Shown here piece by piece: positions 37,070 to 49,491 of a DNA stretch of 64,000 nucleotides. Position 1 is the first letter of the stretch; every line of letters starts with the position of its first letter. Source of the stretch: Bilabrum cf. latius (taxonomy: Eukaryota); the NCBI GenBank assembly GCA_965178125.1, contig OZ237743.1, positions 868,001-932,000 on the forward strand, given 5' to 3'. A model generated the notes under the pieces. That model searched no databases and was not told the DNA's origin. It saw only the letters and a list, made by a program, of their open reading frames with translations. The translations under genes were made by a program, and so were the position numbers.

Positions 37070-39286
37070 TCAAACTGCGGGGCTCAATTCGTCCTCCTCC
37101 TTCACAACTCCGACCCATGGCCCCCAGAACCCCTTCCAGTGGTCGACAGCCGCCTTGCACGCCAGGGGGGAATCGTGCGCGCCCCTGTCAGGCTGGAAGG
37201 CCTTGCCCTGGGCCTCCCTGATCATCTCCCGCAGCCTGGACCGCACTTCCGGTTTCTCCTTGGCGAGGTCGTGGTGCTCGTTTGGATCCGCCTCCACGTC
37301 AAAGAGGCACCCGTCCTCCCCGCAGTGGCCGATGGTAGTTCCAGCATGCACTGTGGACGAAACATTGGGGAACTGCGGGCCCTGCCACACGTCCATTGTG
37401 AGATTTCCGATGAGCAGCTTGTACTTGGTACCTGCCTCCTGGTCATGCACTACAATGCCCTGCACCAATGTACTGTTCTCGTTGCCTTTCCGTGTCTCAT
37501 GCTACCCAATCTCGAACACCTTCCTTGGGGAACGCTGCTGCTGCCCCGAGATCCAGGGCCACAGGTCCATCGAGTCGATGGGCGGCAGGCCCGCCCCCTC
37601 TGCTTTGTGATCGGTGGGGTCTACGCCAGCCAGGGAACACGAGGTTGCGTACCAGTCAAACGAGGTGGACATGTCCGTTGCGGTCGTGCCTATCTTGTCC
37701 TGGGGTACCAGGCCGCCAGTCACGAATGCGTTGACATGGATGCCGCCTTGCCAGTTGCTGACCTGCAATAAATATAAAAGGGGCAGTGCAATGCAATTCC
37801 GGGGTTGGAGTTTGGGGCTTGAGGGGCCAAGGAACCACCCAGAGCGCTGGTCGCGGATACCAAGAGCGAATCCTGGGCACTTCAGTACACGAATGTCCTC
37901 TGGCAGCCGCCAAAAAGAACGGGCAAACGTAACATGCGCAAACAAAAACTCACCTTACCGCCCCTCCTTGGGTAGTTGTTTGCACCAGCGTACCAGATGC
38001 TGCTGTCGGGCCACTTCCTCCCGCCGTCGTAGATTGGCCCCCCGTTGTCAGCAGAAGCGAACCAGGCCAGGTCCTCCCACATGCCTTTCTCCTTCAGAAT
38101 GGTCGTGATGTTCCCGATAGCCTCGTCGATGTAGTGCACCATCGCCAGGTACCTCCTTCTGCTCTCGTCCTTGACGTCCAGGAACTTCTCGTAGGTTGAC
38201 TGTGGGACCATGAGGGGCTCGTGCACCACGTGCGGCGTGTAGTACAGGAACAGAGGCTTCTCGGGGTCATGGTTCCGGAGGATATCGTAGACCTCATCCG
38301 CCAGGATCTGGTCCTCGTACTTGCAGTGCTGGGAGCCCTCGCCCACGGGGTACGGGTGGTAGGAGATGTTCGGGTTGCACGACTCGGGGCCCACGAGGTC
38401 GTAGGCAGGGCCCTCGGGGATGTGCCTGTCCGGCAGGTCCGAGTGCCTCCAAAAGTCCTTGATGCCCGTCTTGTTGCACGGGTCATCCACCATGGTGTAG
38501 TAGTTATTGGCGTGCTGCAGGTAGATCAGGCTCGAGTCGAAACCTCTACCTTTTGGGGTAGACTCGAACGAGCACATGCCAGCATCAAACTTGCCTGCAG
38601 GACGAATGGGAAATTGCTGGGGGTTTCATGCGAGATGTAAAACTCTATCATGCATTCTCATGGCCGTACAGAGCTTCCACGCGCTGTGCTCACCGACTGC
38701 ATGCGTGACGTAGCCTGCTTGCTTGAGCTTCGCAGCAATCATGGTCATGTTGCGGGGTGCACCGGCGCATATTTTTCCTATGGGAGGGCCTCGCATCATG
38801 TTCCCGTTGTCAACGTTGCAATGCACGGGGAGCCGCCCCGTCAGTACGGAAGATCGCTGCGACCTCACACAGAATTTGCATTAGCATGCAAGACGGGTTG
38901 CGATGGCTGATTCAGGTGGTCAATTAGAATAATCAGTTTAACGTACGGTTGGACTGCAGACCTGGTGGACGTAGTGGTGCCCAAGCTCCATGCCTTCTTC
39001 TTTGAAGAGCTTGTCAAAGTTAGGAGTACGAACGTCTGGGTCTGAGGCTGCGTGCACGCCTACATCTGCCCACCCCCAATCGTCAACAAGAGTCCATATC
39101 TGCAATAGGATAGAACTTGTGGTAAGTATTGGGTGAATAATAATCTGCTGACTTGCGTTTGAGTCACTTGATTTGGAATTCAATACTGAGCAGTTTCAGC
39201 CGGATCACTCTCACAATGTGGGGCGTGCTAGGTTTTGCCCACATTGTGCTTGCCAACACGATGATAGCAGTAGCGAAAGAGCGCAT
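37070..39286 (-). CDS. Secreted arylsulfatase (ARSB/ARSI-like), 5 exons; introns 39100-39214, 38857-38946, 38595-38693, 37763-37953
   Basis: Signal peptide; PHI|IWTLVDDWGWADVG; FGly motif CSPT|RSSVLTGR; GKFDAG; SADNGG; NNYPRRGGK|VSNWQGG; LFDVEADPNEHHDL. Phase-compatible GT-AG introns; TAG at 37502; ends TGA. Confidence 0.88.
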
Positions 39287-39569
39287 GCTGGGAAGGAATG
39301 AGAGCGGTGCGATTGTGACGCGCTGCTTCGAAAAAAGGAAGTGCAACTGCAGCCAACTGCCAGCAGCCTCAGCGTTGAGTTTAGTTTTGGTGGGGATCCC
39401 TGGGAATTTTGAATGTAGGGAGTTGCTCGTATTGGCTATGGCCGAAACGGAATACTCTCGACAGTTTAGTTGAAGGCGACCAATGCCACAAGCCATCAAT
39501 CTGGCCATTGCAGGGCCGCCAAGCCGTAGCGAAACACAGCATCAAGCCGAGCAGTCTTCTGCACAGTCA

Positions 39570-41765
39570 TCACAAATTAGCAGGATCTCTCTGGTTAACG
39601 GCACGCGCCACTGCTGATGCAGCCGCGGCCGCAGCCACAGCCGCTGCGCCTGCCGCCGAGGAGCCACCCAGCCCGGCAAGCCCTCCAGAGGCAGGCACGC
39701 CATGCTGCGAGAGCTGGTGCTGGTGATGTGGCATGCCCACCGCAGGCTGGTGCTGGTGAGATTGCTGCATATGTGACGAGTGCTGCTGCATCGCCGCGCT
39801 GCCCCCGGCCTGTCCGCTGCCAGCCATGTGCATGGGCATGGGCATGGACACGCTCATGGGTGCAGTCCCCACACCCGCCATGGAGGCCTGCATGGCCCCA
39901 CGGGCCGCCTGGGCCGCCTGCTGGTGGGCAGCTGCGGCCACCCTGGCCGCTTGTGAGATGTGGTTGGGCTGCCCAGTTGCCTGCGCGCCGCTCGACGCAG
40001 CGGAGGACGAGGACGAGGAAGACGACGAGTGCTGCTGGGCCCTGGAGATGGGCACGAGCTTGGCGCTGGGCTGGTAGCCCTGAGGCTGGGGCACGAGTTC
40101 CTTGTGTGCCCTGGACATGTGCCTCCGCAGGGAGGAGGCGTAGCTGAAGGTCTTCTCGCAGTGGGGGCAGGGGTACCTCCTCACGACGGGGGCGCGGCCG
40201 TCGGGACCCACCGTTGGAACAGTGACGTCAGCGCCGTGGGTCAGCTGCTCCGGCATCAGGGCAGAGTGGTTCGCCTCGATGTGCCGCCGCAGGTCGTGCT
40301 TGCGGGTGTAGCAGGCCCCGCAGCCGGCCACGGTGCACACGAAGCTAGGCCTGGGGGCATCGGACTTGCGTGGCCTCCCCCCGCCGCGACCCCTGCCCGG
40401 CGTGCGGTTGGGCTGTCCGGGCGCGTCAGCTATCCCCGGAGGTACCAGGGGCTGCAGCACGCTGGCCACCGAGGGCGAGCGGGAGCCCCTCCCGCGACCC
40501 CTCCCGCGACCCCTGCCTGCACCCCCCCGCTGTGGGGTCGACCCCTGGAGCCCCTCCCCGGCCGCTGCCCCCTCCTGATCGCTGCCCGTCCCCGCCACCG
40601 GCGCGAAGCTGGCGCCGTCCTAATGCTGGGCTCCGGCTGCAGCAGCCGCGGGTCGGGCCGCCGCTGCCGCCGCCACTGCGGCCGCCTGTGCCGCTGAGGA
40701 GGGCTGGGCCTGTCCCGACGCGGTGGAGGACAAGGACGAGGACGAGGAAGAGGGTGCCTTCGGGTCAGAGCCCACGAGGGTTGGCTGGGCCTGTCCGATG
40801 GCAGCCGCGTGCTGCTATTGCTACTGCTGGGCTGCAACAGCGGCGGCGGCGGCAGCGGCTGCTGCCACTTGGGTGGGCTGCTGCTGCTACCCCTGTGCCT
40901 GGGCCTGAGCCTGCCCTTGTGCTTGACCTTGCCTCTGCTGCATGGCCTTGGCCACATCCTGATGGCGCTGGGCAGCAGCTGCAGCTGCTACTGCTGCATG
41001 CGCCGCAGCTGCTTGTGCCATATCCTGCTGCTAGTGCGGCTGCTGCGGCAAGTGCCCCTGCATGTGGCCCTGCGCCTGAGCCTGGGCCATCGCTTCGCTG
41101 GCGGCAGCACGGGCAGCTCCCGGTGGTCCAGGCAAGACTGGTGCGCCAGGCTTGCTGTGCACGGTGTGCAGGTGGCGGTGAAGGTCCCGCTTTCGCTTGA
41201 ACCGCTTGGTGCCGCACTTGTCGCAGACGAATTGACGAGTCTCCGTCTAATGCACCTCGCGCACATGGGCCTTCAGGTGCGAACTTCGCTTGAAAGTCTT
41301 GCTGCAGTTCGGGCATTGGTGTGGCCGAGAATCGTTGTGCACCTCCTTCACGTGATTGTCTCTGTGCGACTTGTGCGTAAACGTCCGGCTGCAGTTCTAG
41401 CACTGGTACACTTTTTGAGCGCTTCCGGGCCCCGGCCCGCCCCCAACCACCCCTGGCATGACCCTCTATACCTAAAGTTGTTGGGCTTGGTGCTAGGCCT
41501 GGATTGCGGCAGCTGCAGCAGCGGTTGCAGCTTGCGCAGCTCGTGGGCCGGACACTCCGTGGCTCGGAGGCGGAGCAGGCAACCGGGCAGCCTCCATACC
41601 AGCCTGGTGCTAGTGGGACGCAGCTGTAGCAGCCTCAACAGCCCCTGCTGCAGCTGCTGCAGCAGCTGCAGCAGAGGTAGGCTCCGGTTGCAGGCTCCTG
41701 GGTCTCTTTGGATCTGGCCCTGTTTCTCTGTCATCCGGTCTCGGACGAATATGACCCGCTTGCAT
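39570..41765 (-). CDS. C2H2 zinc-finger transcription factor (5 fingers) with Gln/Ala-rich regions, ~731 aa
   Basis: YQC*NCSRTF..H..EVH, HQCPNCSKTFKRSSHLKAH, FVCDKCG..H..H, FVCTVAGCGACYTRKHDLRRH, YPCPHCEKTFSYASSLRRH. 11 TAG; ends TGA. Confidence 0.85.
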
Positions 41766-42000
41766 GGCCCCCAGTTAGTTCCCAAGGTGCTGATAAGTAG
41801 CAAATAATATTTGATATCGCCTTGTTTCCGTCGTTGCAGGCACGATGGCAAGTTTGAACGGCACTGAATAGCGAAACCAAAGGCGCCGCGGGCGCAGCGC
41901 CGTTTGACCCTGTAACGTGCTAAGTATGATAAAAACATCCGGATACAAAAACACGAATGCGAGCAGCCGAGCAAACTGCGGATCACTGATAATAGTGTGC

Positions 42001-45000
42001 ATGCATGCAACCGCTGCTGTCCCAATTATTATTTTAAGCTTGTTTGTATCCGTCTAGGCGGAGTATTAGTCCAAGGAGTTCTTGGATAATGCAGTATCTT
42101 TGGTTGCAGCAGATGCTTCATCGGATGGGTCTGCACTGCGCGCACCAAAAGACATTTCTAGGAATGACGTTTTGATGTTGGTACCAGCGGTATCTAGCAT
42201 CGAGCCGCGTTTGGCCGAAGACGTCATCAGGCCTCGCTTGGCAAGCGCTGGCATACGGGATGCGTTGTTCGGCCGAAGCCCGACGAAGCTCAATGAAGAA
42301 GACAGCGTCGCGGTTATCATGACTTACTGTGTATTTTTGCAGGATGCGTGCCCCTTTCGTCCGTTTGTTGAATCCGTGCATCGAGCTTTGGATAGTTTGG
42401 GTCGAAGGGAAGCCTTGGGGCGATTCGGCTGGCAAGATGCTTCAGTTCTGCAAAAACTTGAGGTGGCAAGCAAGTAGCATTCTCGTAGATCAGCGCAAAT
42501 GGTAGATCTTCTTCGTGCCTTGCATGAAGAGGCAGCGGCGGTTCGGGCTCGAGCTGCTGCAGCCGCCTTGGCACTGGCATCCGGACTCAGCAAGGACGGC
42601 TCGCGCCACGATGAGTTGGTTTTCTGCCTGGTTCGATTAGCAGCCAACCTTATTGGTGATATGGTTGTTTTGCAGGGCCAAACTGCCGTCAGAAGCACCA
42701 ACACTTCGGCTGCAATACACGCCAGCATCTTCGACGCGGCCGCGGCTGAGGAGCTTTTGCAGCAGTCCCTGCGAGCCGCAGAACGGAGAGCAGTGTACAT
42801 TCGCGGGCGAAGACTGCTGGCACCAGCAGCAGATCTCCTTAGCCACTGTCCTACGCCGGCAGGAAAGCCGAGATCGTCAGGAGACGCGTACTTGCGCTAC
42901 CACCAGATAGAGTCGCGCAAGCACGCAGGAGCGGCAGGCACCCCGGCGTGGGTGGCCAGCCAATGCTCCGGGAATGCAAGCATAGGTAGTTCGTCCGGTG
43001 ACGGCTCAAGCAGTCAGCCAATAAGCAAGCTATCGCCAGCGACGATCCTTGTGCGACTGGCCCGGTTCCTGGCGGGACAGCACAAGGGGGGTCCCATGGG
43101 TGCTGCGGGCGCACCTATTGACAAGAGGGGGGGCAGGCGCCGCCCGCGGAGGGATGCGCACTAGGGGTCACCAGCGAGCAGTGCCCCAGAAGCATAGCTA
43201 GATCGGTCACCTCTTAGCTGCAGGGATGCCAGCCTTGCTCAGTTGCTGGCGGGAGTGAGCTAGAGCTATCTGAACAGCCTGCACGACGCGTATGCTGGGC
43301 GGGCCCCAGGACATGAATAGAGCAGCATCAGCTATAGCACGCCTAATAGAGGCCCCGCGAACGAGGCTAGCTATGACGTCAAAGCATTGTTGGCTACGGA
43401 GGAATTGGAGCGGCGATTCGGGTGCCGCGTGCGTGAGTTGCCCCTTCCGCTGACTCTGGCCCTGGTGGACTTGGCGTGGCTATCCGGAGGTGGGCATCGG
43501 CTAAGTGGCAGCGATGCAACTAATAGTGGGCCATGCATGGACTTGGATGCTGCAAGATGCGCCGTATATGATCTCTCGAAGGCTGGCTTTGGGAAGCACG
43601 CTGGGTAGAACACAACGGCAAGTCGGACACGCAAGGGCTCGCCATTGCCGATGGGCAAGCAGGACATTGGGAATAAGTAGCCGGGCAAAAAGCAGAAATG
43701 GACAGACGAAGTACTTGTGGTACGAGCAGATCGGCCGTTTCGGCGCGGTGATACCCTCTGCGAGGACTATGGAGACCAGAGCGACTATGAGTTTGCCGCC
43801 CACCACGACTTCGTGCCTCGGCTCCTCGAGAATCCGGTCGACTGCGTGAGGCTGCCAGTCCCCGCGGTGGGTATGCGCTCCACAGAGAGCGAAGAGGCAA
43901 GACTGTCCAGCTCAGCGCAGGCAGGTGAATCGGTAGGAGGCCAGCGTGCCCATACCTGGCTCCGACTTTGGTAGCGCCAGCACGCAATCAAGTCTATGGA
44001 CGCTGCCAATGAGCACGCTGACTAGGCACCCTCTGGGCCGCAGTCAGAAAGCCTGTGCGCTCGATGTCCAGCTGGGCTCACTGATGTCGCAAGGCATATC
44101 GAGCTTGGGTGCAGCCCGCAGAGCTTGCCTGACATAGCTGCCTGTCTCGGCCTTGCAAGTGGTGGCCAAGACTCCAGAGCTGATTCGCAAGCAACTATGC
44201 TTGCTATCCTATTCGCACTACCCGCGGAAGCGAGGGACAATTTGGTTGCAGGGCTCCCCAGCAGTCCGCCGTGGAGGAGGCATAAAGAAGTGCTCGAAGC
44301 CTTGCGCATGAAACGGGGCTCAGAGCCGTGTGTCAGGCCAACCAAGCAGGACGGCGAAAGCATGCAGGACCCGCTGGCGGCAGCGCTTGCAGTACGGCTG
44401 ATGGGAGACCAGGACACGTCACTGTGTCACCAGGCCTTGCAGTCGACGAGGGAATTGGTGCAAGCTGCCAGCTCTGCGGCACAGTCTTCAGGCGCTGAGC
44501 AGTCCAGCCAAGAAGCTGTGCGTGCCGCGTCGCATGTCGGGCAGGCAGTGGTAGCGAAGGTGTGCATCGATCAAGTAGTCGGGCGCAGCAGTGGCAGCTT
44601 GCATGATAACGCCGACGGGCTTGACTTGTCACCCCTCTCATAGATGTGGAGCGTCTCAAAGTCGCCGACGCAGTGGCAGCTCGTCCAGGCATCAGCCGCG
44701 CGCCTGTCCAACCTGTTCGACTCTGACTCTGCCGCGTCGAGTGAGTTCAGGCTGGCCGGGGCATCCACCGAGCTAGCCGCCCTGGCTCTCGCCAAGCTGA
44801 GGACTTTCCCCACTGACTTGGACCAGGATGCTGCGATTCTTCGGGACGTGGACCAGTGTGAGGTGCTCAAGGAGCACGCCGATGCTTCGGTGCTCGGGGG
44901 CATCCTCGCCGGCGGGGAGGCCGGGGCAGCTGCCCTCCACCTCCCCGAGTGCCCCTCCAGCATCGAAGGGGCCAGGAATGCGATCCGATTTAGGATGGGT

Positions 45001-47547
45001 AGGAAGGTGCACCTAGTCAGGCTACTTCGGTCTGCTTTGACTGCGACGATGGGGGCGATAGGCAGCGGCGCGCCAGTGGACGCAAAGGCCCACCTGTCTC
45101 TGCTGCCAGGCGACTCTGCTGTTCGCCGGGCCCTCACGGTGAAGTTTTCAACTCTTCAATAGTTGGCGGATTTGGCACCGCGTGAACATGCGGCTATCCT
45201 AACTGATACGTTTTTGGTGTGGGATGAGCCTGGTCTTCAGCGGGGCGATCAATCTGGCGATGGCGTGGATTCCGAAGCAGTCGGAAGCTTGCAGGGAGCC
45301 GGAAGCGTGGTCAGTCAAGGTGCAATACAGGAGATGCAGAGACTGTCTAGCTCTGATGTGCTGGAAAATAGCATATGGCTAGCAAACAAGCTTATTGGCA
45401 GCAATGGTACAGGAGTCTTGACCCCATTCCGTCTCGCGAGTGCCCACGCCGGACAGGTCGTGCTGCTCGTGGCAGACAAGCACGTGAACTGGACGTGCAG
45501 CGAACAACACGCTAGGCGAGATGCAACAGCGGATGCCACTATGTGCGAGCTTCAAGTTGCAGCGGTAGGTCAGGAAGGGCTCCTCACCGTGAGCAGGATG
45601 AGACATCTGCTGCCAACTGATGCCGCTACGGGTACAAACGTGAGTACAAGTAGGGCTGGCATATACAGCGAGATGGAGCTTGTGGATTTGCAGCAAGATG
45701 CCAGCGCACCTCATGCTCAAGGCATCATGCAGGAAGGCCCGGCGTTAAACTTGGCCTCGCCCGTGGACGTGGCTCGAGCCGCATCGCACTGTAGCCAGCT
45801 TTCCACGAATGTCGTATCTGCTGCACACAGGGACTCTCGGAGCTTCGTTGGTCAGCAGATCGACCACGATGCAAAGGAGTGGGTAGGTACGCCTCAGGCT
45901 TGGGCTCAGAAGCTTGAGGGGAGCTCGGGAGGTTCTGAAGTACGTAGGGCGTTGCGCTTGCCTCACGCTATGCGGAGCTCTGTTCGGGTATCTTCACGCG
46001 AGTCTGGTACCGGTGACGAATCCAGACGGCTTGGGCACAGGACATGCAAGGATGATGCCGTTGCCCTGGCACCAGCTATAGGATGGTCGTTCCAGGACGT
46101 GGTAGTAGCCGCTCGGGTGGCCCTTGCAGCGGCTCGTGGTGCGGCAGGCATGCAGAAGCCCATCGCCGCCCAGCTCGGCGCGCTGCAGTTGCCCGTACAG
46201 CTGCTCGCCATTGAGGTGCTCTCAAAGATGCGCAGCCTGCCTGCCCGCTCATCATCGCACGCTGGTACCCGGAAGAATAATCGCTTGCTCCCGACTTGTG
46301 GCCGATGGGACGCTGCACACTTGTGCGCGATGGCAGCTGGACAGGGTGGCAGGGCCTCGGCGCGGTCAAGCATCGAGCGTGTGGTGCTTGCTGTGCTTGG
46401 CATGGATCTGAAGCGCCCTGATAGCTCGAGATGCCTCTGGTCGCATATTGCTGATGAATGCCAGTCCTTCGGTCTCTCTGTTAGGAATGACTCTGCAAGG
46501 CTTAGTTGCGCAAGCTACGCATTTGGGGACGACTTCGAGTCGCTTCTGGCTGTCGGGGCTGCCACGCTTGCTGCCATCGATGCTTCGTCCGTTGCATTGG
46601 CAGTGGAGCCTGCGTACGTCCCTCTCAGCTCGTTCCTGTGGGGGGATGCAGCGTACTCCAGCGATCGCCACGCCTAGTTTGGGTGCTTTGATAGTGCTTC
46701 AAGCGGTTTCGAACTGGCTGAGCGAGGGGTTGTGGAGGCCAATGACTCCCAGGTCTCGCTGTATCTCTAGCAGAACGGGTCCATCATGATTCGGTACGTC
46801 GGCGAGGCCTCATTAGGGGCACTTGAAGGGACTCACGGACAGGGCAAGCATGGGAAGCGGCTCCCCACACAGGTGCTGCGCGGGGAAGACCTACGGTCTG
46901 CGATCGACTCGAGCGGCCTGCAGCCCAGGCAGTCTCTGGGGGAGCCATACGTGCCTGCAGCTGTTCCGACTTTGCGAAGGAACAAGCACCGATGGATCAG
47001 GGGTAGGCTTGGGCCTGCCGTATTTCAAGGGTCCAGGCACGATGCCAGGCTGCTGAGCCGAGCTTGGACGCACGGTATCCGCAGTATGGAGCTGGAGCTA
47101 GTGCTGAGTCCTGCAGCTAGGCATGCCGTGCACGTCACAGCGTCGGAGGCCATGGTCCTACTAGCGGGTATTTTCACAGTGACTGGGGACGGCAGTGGCA
47201 GCGAATCGAGGCTGGTGGCCGGGGTGCAAAGGCTTGAGAGCCTCGCAGACTCGGCCGAGATGAAGCATGCCGAACTGCACCAGCCAATTTCTCTCCTGCG
47301 CGCACTGGGTGGGTTGCATAGCAGTGCCATGGCGCAGCTGTGCCTGTCTCGCCTGCTTGGGGACATTACCATCGAGGGGTCCAAGGCAGGGAGTAGTGCC
47401 CAAGAAGGCACCGTGTGCTGGAACTCGGCAAGTCCCGACCAAGGCAGCTCGGGTGTGACGGTGCAGCCAGCCAGGTGCGTGTCGTGCACGGATGGCATTG
47501 AGGCCGAGATCTCTAGTCTCGAAGACAGGCTACTCGAGTCGTTCTAA
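42001..47547 (+). CDS. Large SET-domain (SETD3/Rubisco-LSMT-like) protein with an N-terminal signal-peptide-like segment, ~1848 aa
   Basis: Eight track ORFs in one frame joined by 15 TAG. LAPAADLLSH, VRADRPFRRGDTLCEDYG..DFVP..ENPVD, LRTFPTDLDQDAAIL, AIRFRMGRK. Ends TAA. Confidence 0.75.
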
Positions 47548-47740
47548 TGCTCTGAGCACCCAGTCGCAAGCATCTGTCGCGATATGTTCAGGATCAAATC
47601 CGGATTGAGGAAGCCTGCAGATTTCGGAGTTCCGTGGGCTTTGCAGCAGCTGTGGATCTATCCATTTTTTTCCAGGTGTGATTACACTTAACGGTTTCGA
47701 ATTAATGGGATCAGCAACGAACATCAACATCATTATCACC

Positions 47741-49315
47741 TTATTGTCGCCGGGAACGCGGCATAATCTCGGACATGAATGCTCGGAAGGCTGCTGCGTC
47801 AGTGCCAGCACACGCGATACCAGCTCCGCTTTCTGCCACTCGCCGACCAATCATCGAGTCAACGCGTGAATTTCCGCCTGAAGCAGCCACGCTAGCAGCA
47901 ACCACAAACACTACGAATCCGAGCGGACCCAGCCCCACTGTAGCCCTCGATTGCCTTGCGCGCCCCGCCACCACCCGCTGCACAGCCGCCTCCACGTCCC
48001 GCACCGACGCGGGAGCCAGCGCAGGGCAAGCATTCAACACTGCCTGGCTTTCACCGATGTACCCTGCCTCTGCAACGGCACCTGCCTCGCTCCCCCACGC
48101 TGCCGGTCCCTCCGAATGTCTGCCAGCAGTGGCTGGTGCCAGCCTCGAGCTGCCTCTATCTGCCCCGCTCCCCCACGCTGCCGGTCCCTCCGAATGTCTG
48201 CCAGCAGTGGCTGGTGCCAGCCTCGAGCTGCCTCTATCTGCCCCGCTCCCCCACGCTGCCGGTCCCTCCGAATGTCTGCCAGCAGTGGCTGGTGCAAGCC
48301 TCGAGCTGCCTCTATCTGCATCGATATCTCGCTCCAGTCGCGACAGTCCTAGGTCTGTCTTTGATACCTGCATCGCCCTGACTTGCATTCCCCTGTATGC
48401 ATCCACCAGCAGGCCGAACACGTGCTAGAGCACCCGCTCTCTCACCGCTGGCTTACGCGGGTCCTTACCGCGCACAGCTGCAATGCAAGACTGCGCCGTG
48501 ACCCAGATGCAGCTAGCGTCCTTGCATCCCCTGTGCACCTTGTGCTCCGCAACATCGCGCCATCGCATGAACAGGCGCCAGAGCTGCTTGCTGTGCTTCT
48601 TGACGATGCAGTGGCCGGTTGGGGAGCGCAGCAAGATCATGGCTCTCTCAAGGGCGTTCTGCGCGCGATGCCAGTGCACCGTGTGCTTGGTATCACTTGA
48701 AGCGAATCGGTTCAGTTTTGGCGTCGTCTTTCTTTCGGCTGCCCGCAGCCTAGCAGCGTATGGTGGTGAAGCATCGTGTGGCAGGGTCCTCGGCGCGATC
48801 TCGAAACTCAAGCGGCGCTAATGGCAAGGAGAAGGTCCTCGGCCTGTTCCATGTGATTGATACTGAACACCACTGTCTCGGATCGTGACACCATCTACAT
48901 GGATATCTTCCCCGCTAGTGTGAGCAAGGCAGCTTTGGCGGGGCTCTGCTGGTCGAGGTGACGTTGAGCCTTGCCAATCGTTCCACTCGGTGTTCCGTCC
49001 TGCAATCGACTACCAACTGTACTATAAGATACTATCATCACTACCAGGCCTTCGACGGGTGTCGGAAGCGGATGATGATGCTAGGGATTGTTCGCTGGTC
49101 ATAGCAGTTGATGTGGCAGTGACATCTGCATTCTATGAGCCGTCACAGGGGATCACAGCGCCGACATCGCAAGCTTCTCCTGACTACGTACGACTGCAAT
49201 CCTCCTCTGTGCTCTTGCTGGAGCTTCTTCTGAACAAAACAACCGACACGATGGCAGAAAGAGCTACGCCAACGGACGCACCCGCGAGATTCTGTGTCGT
49301 AAGAGACGACGACAT
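47741..49315 (-). CDS. Hypothetical membrane protein (~524 aa) with a 26-aa internal repeat
   Basis: ATG 49315, N-terminal hydrophobic helix GASVGVALSAIVSVVLF. In frame with track ORFs 48425 and 47741 via TAG; ends TAA. Confidence 0.55.
48087..48320. repeat. 78-bp tandem repeat x3 (ADRGSSRLAPATAGRHSEGPAAWGSG)
   Basis: Three near-identical contiguous units at 78-nt spacing. Confidence 0.9.
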
Positions 49316-49491
49316 CACCAATCAGGGCACGACGGCATTAAATGCAGACACCGCATAATTGGGTCAAACTAAATATTAAGCGATGGCGGTCGGATTCGCG
49401 CAGGTATCCCCAGTATTCTGTATCATTGCGCTTGGCAGTCTCGCGGGGATTCGGAGCTTAGAGTGTTTTTAACAATCGCCACACTTGTACC

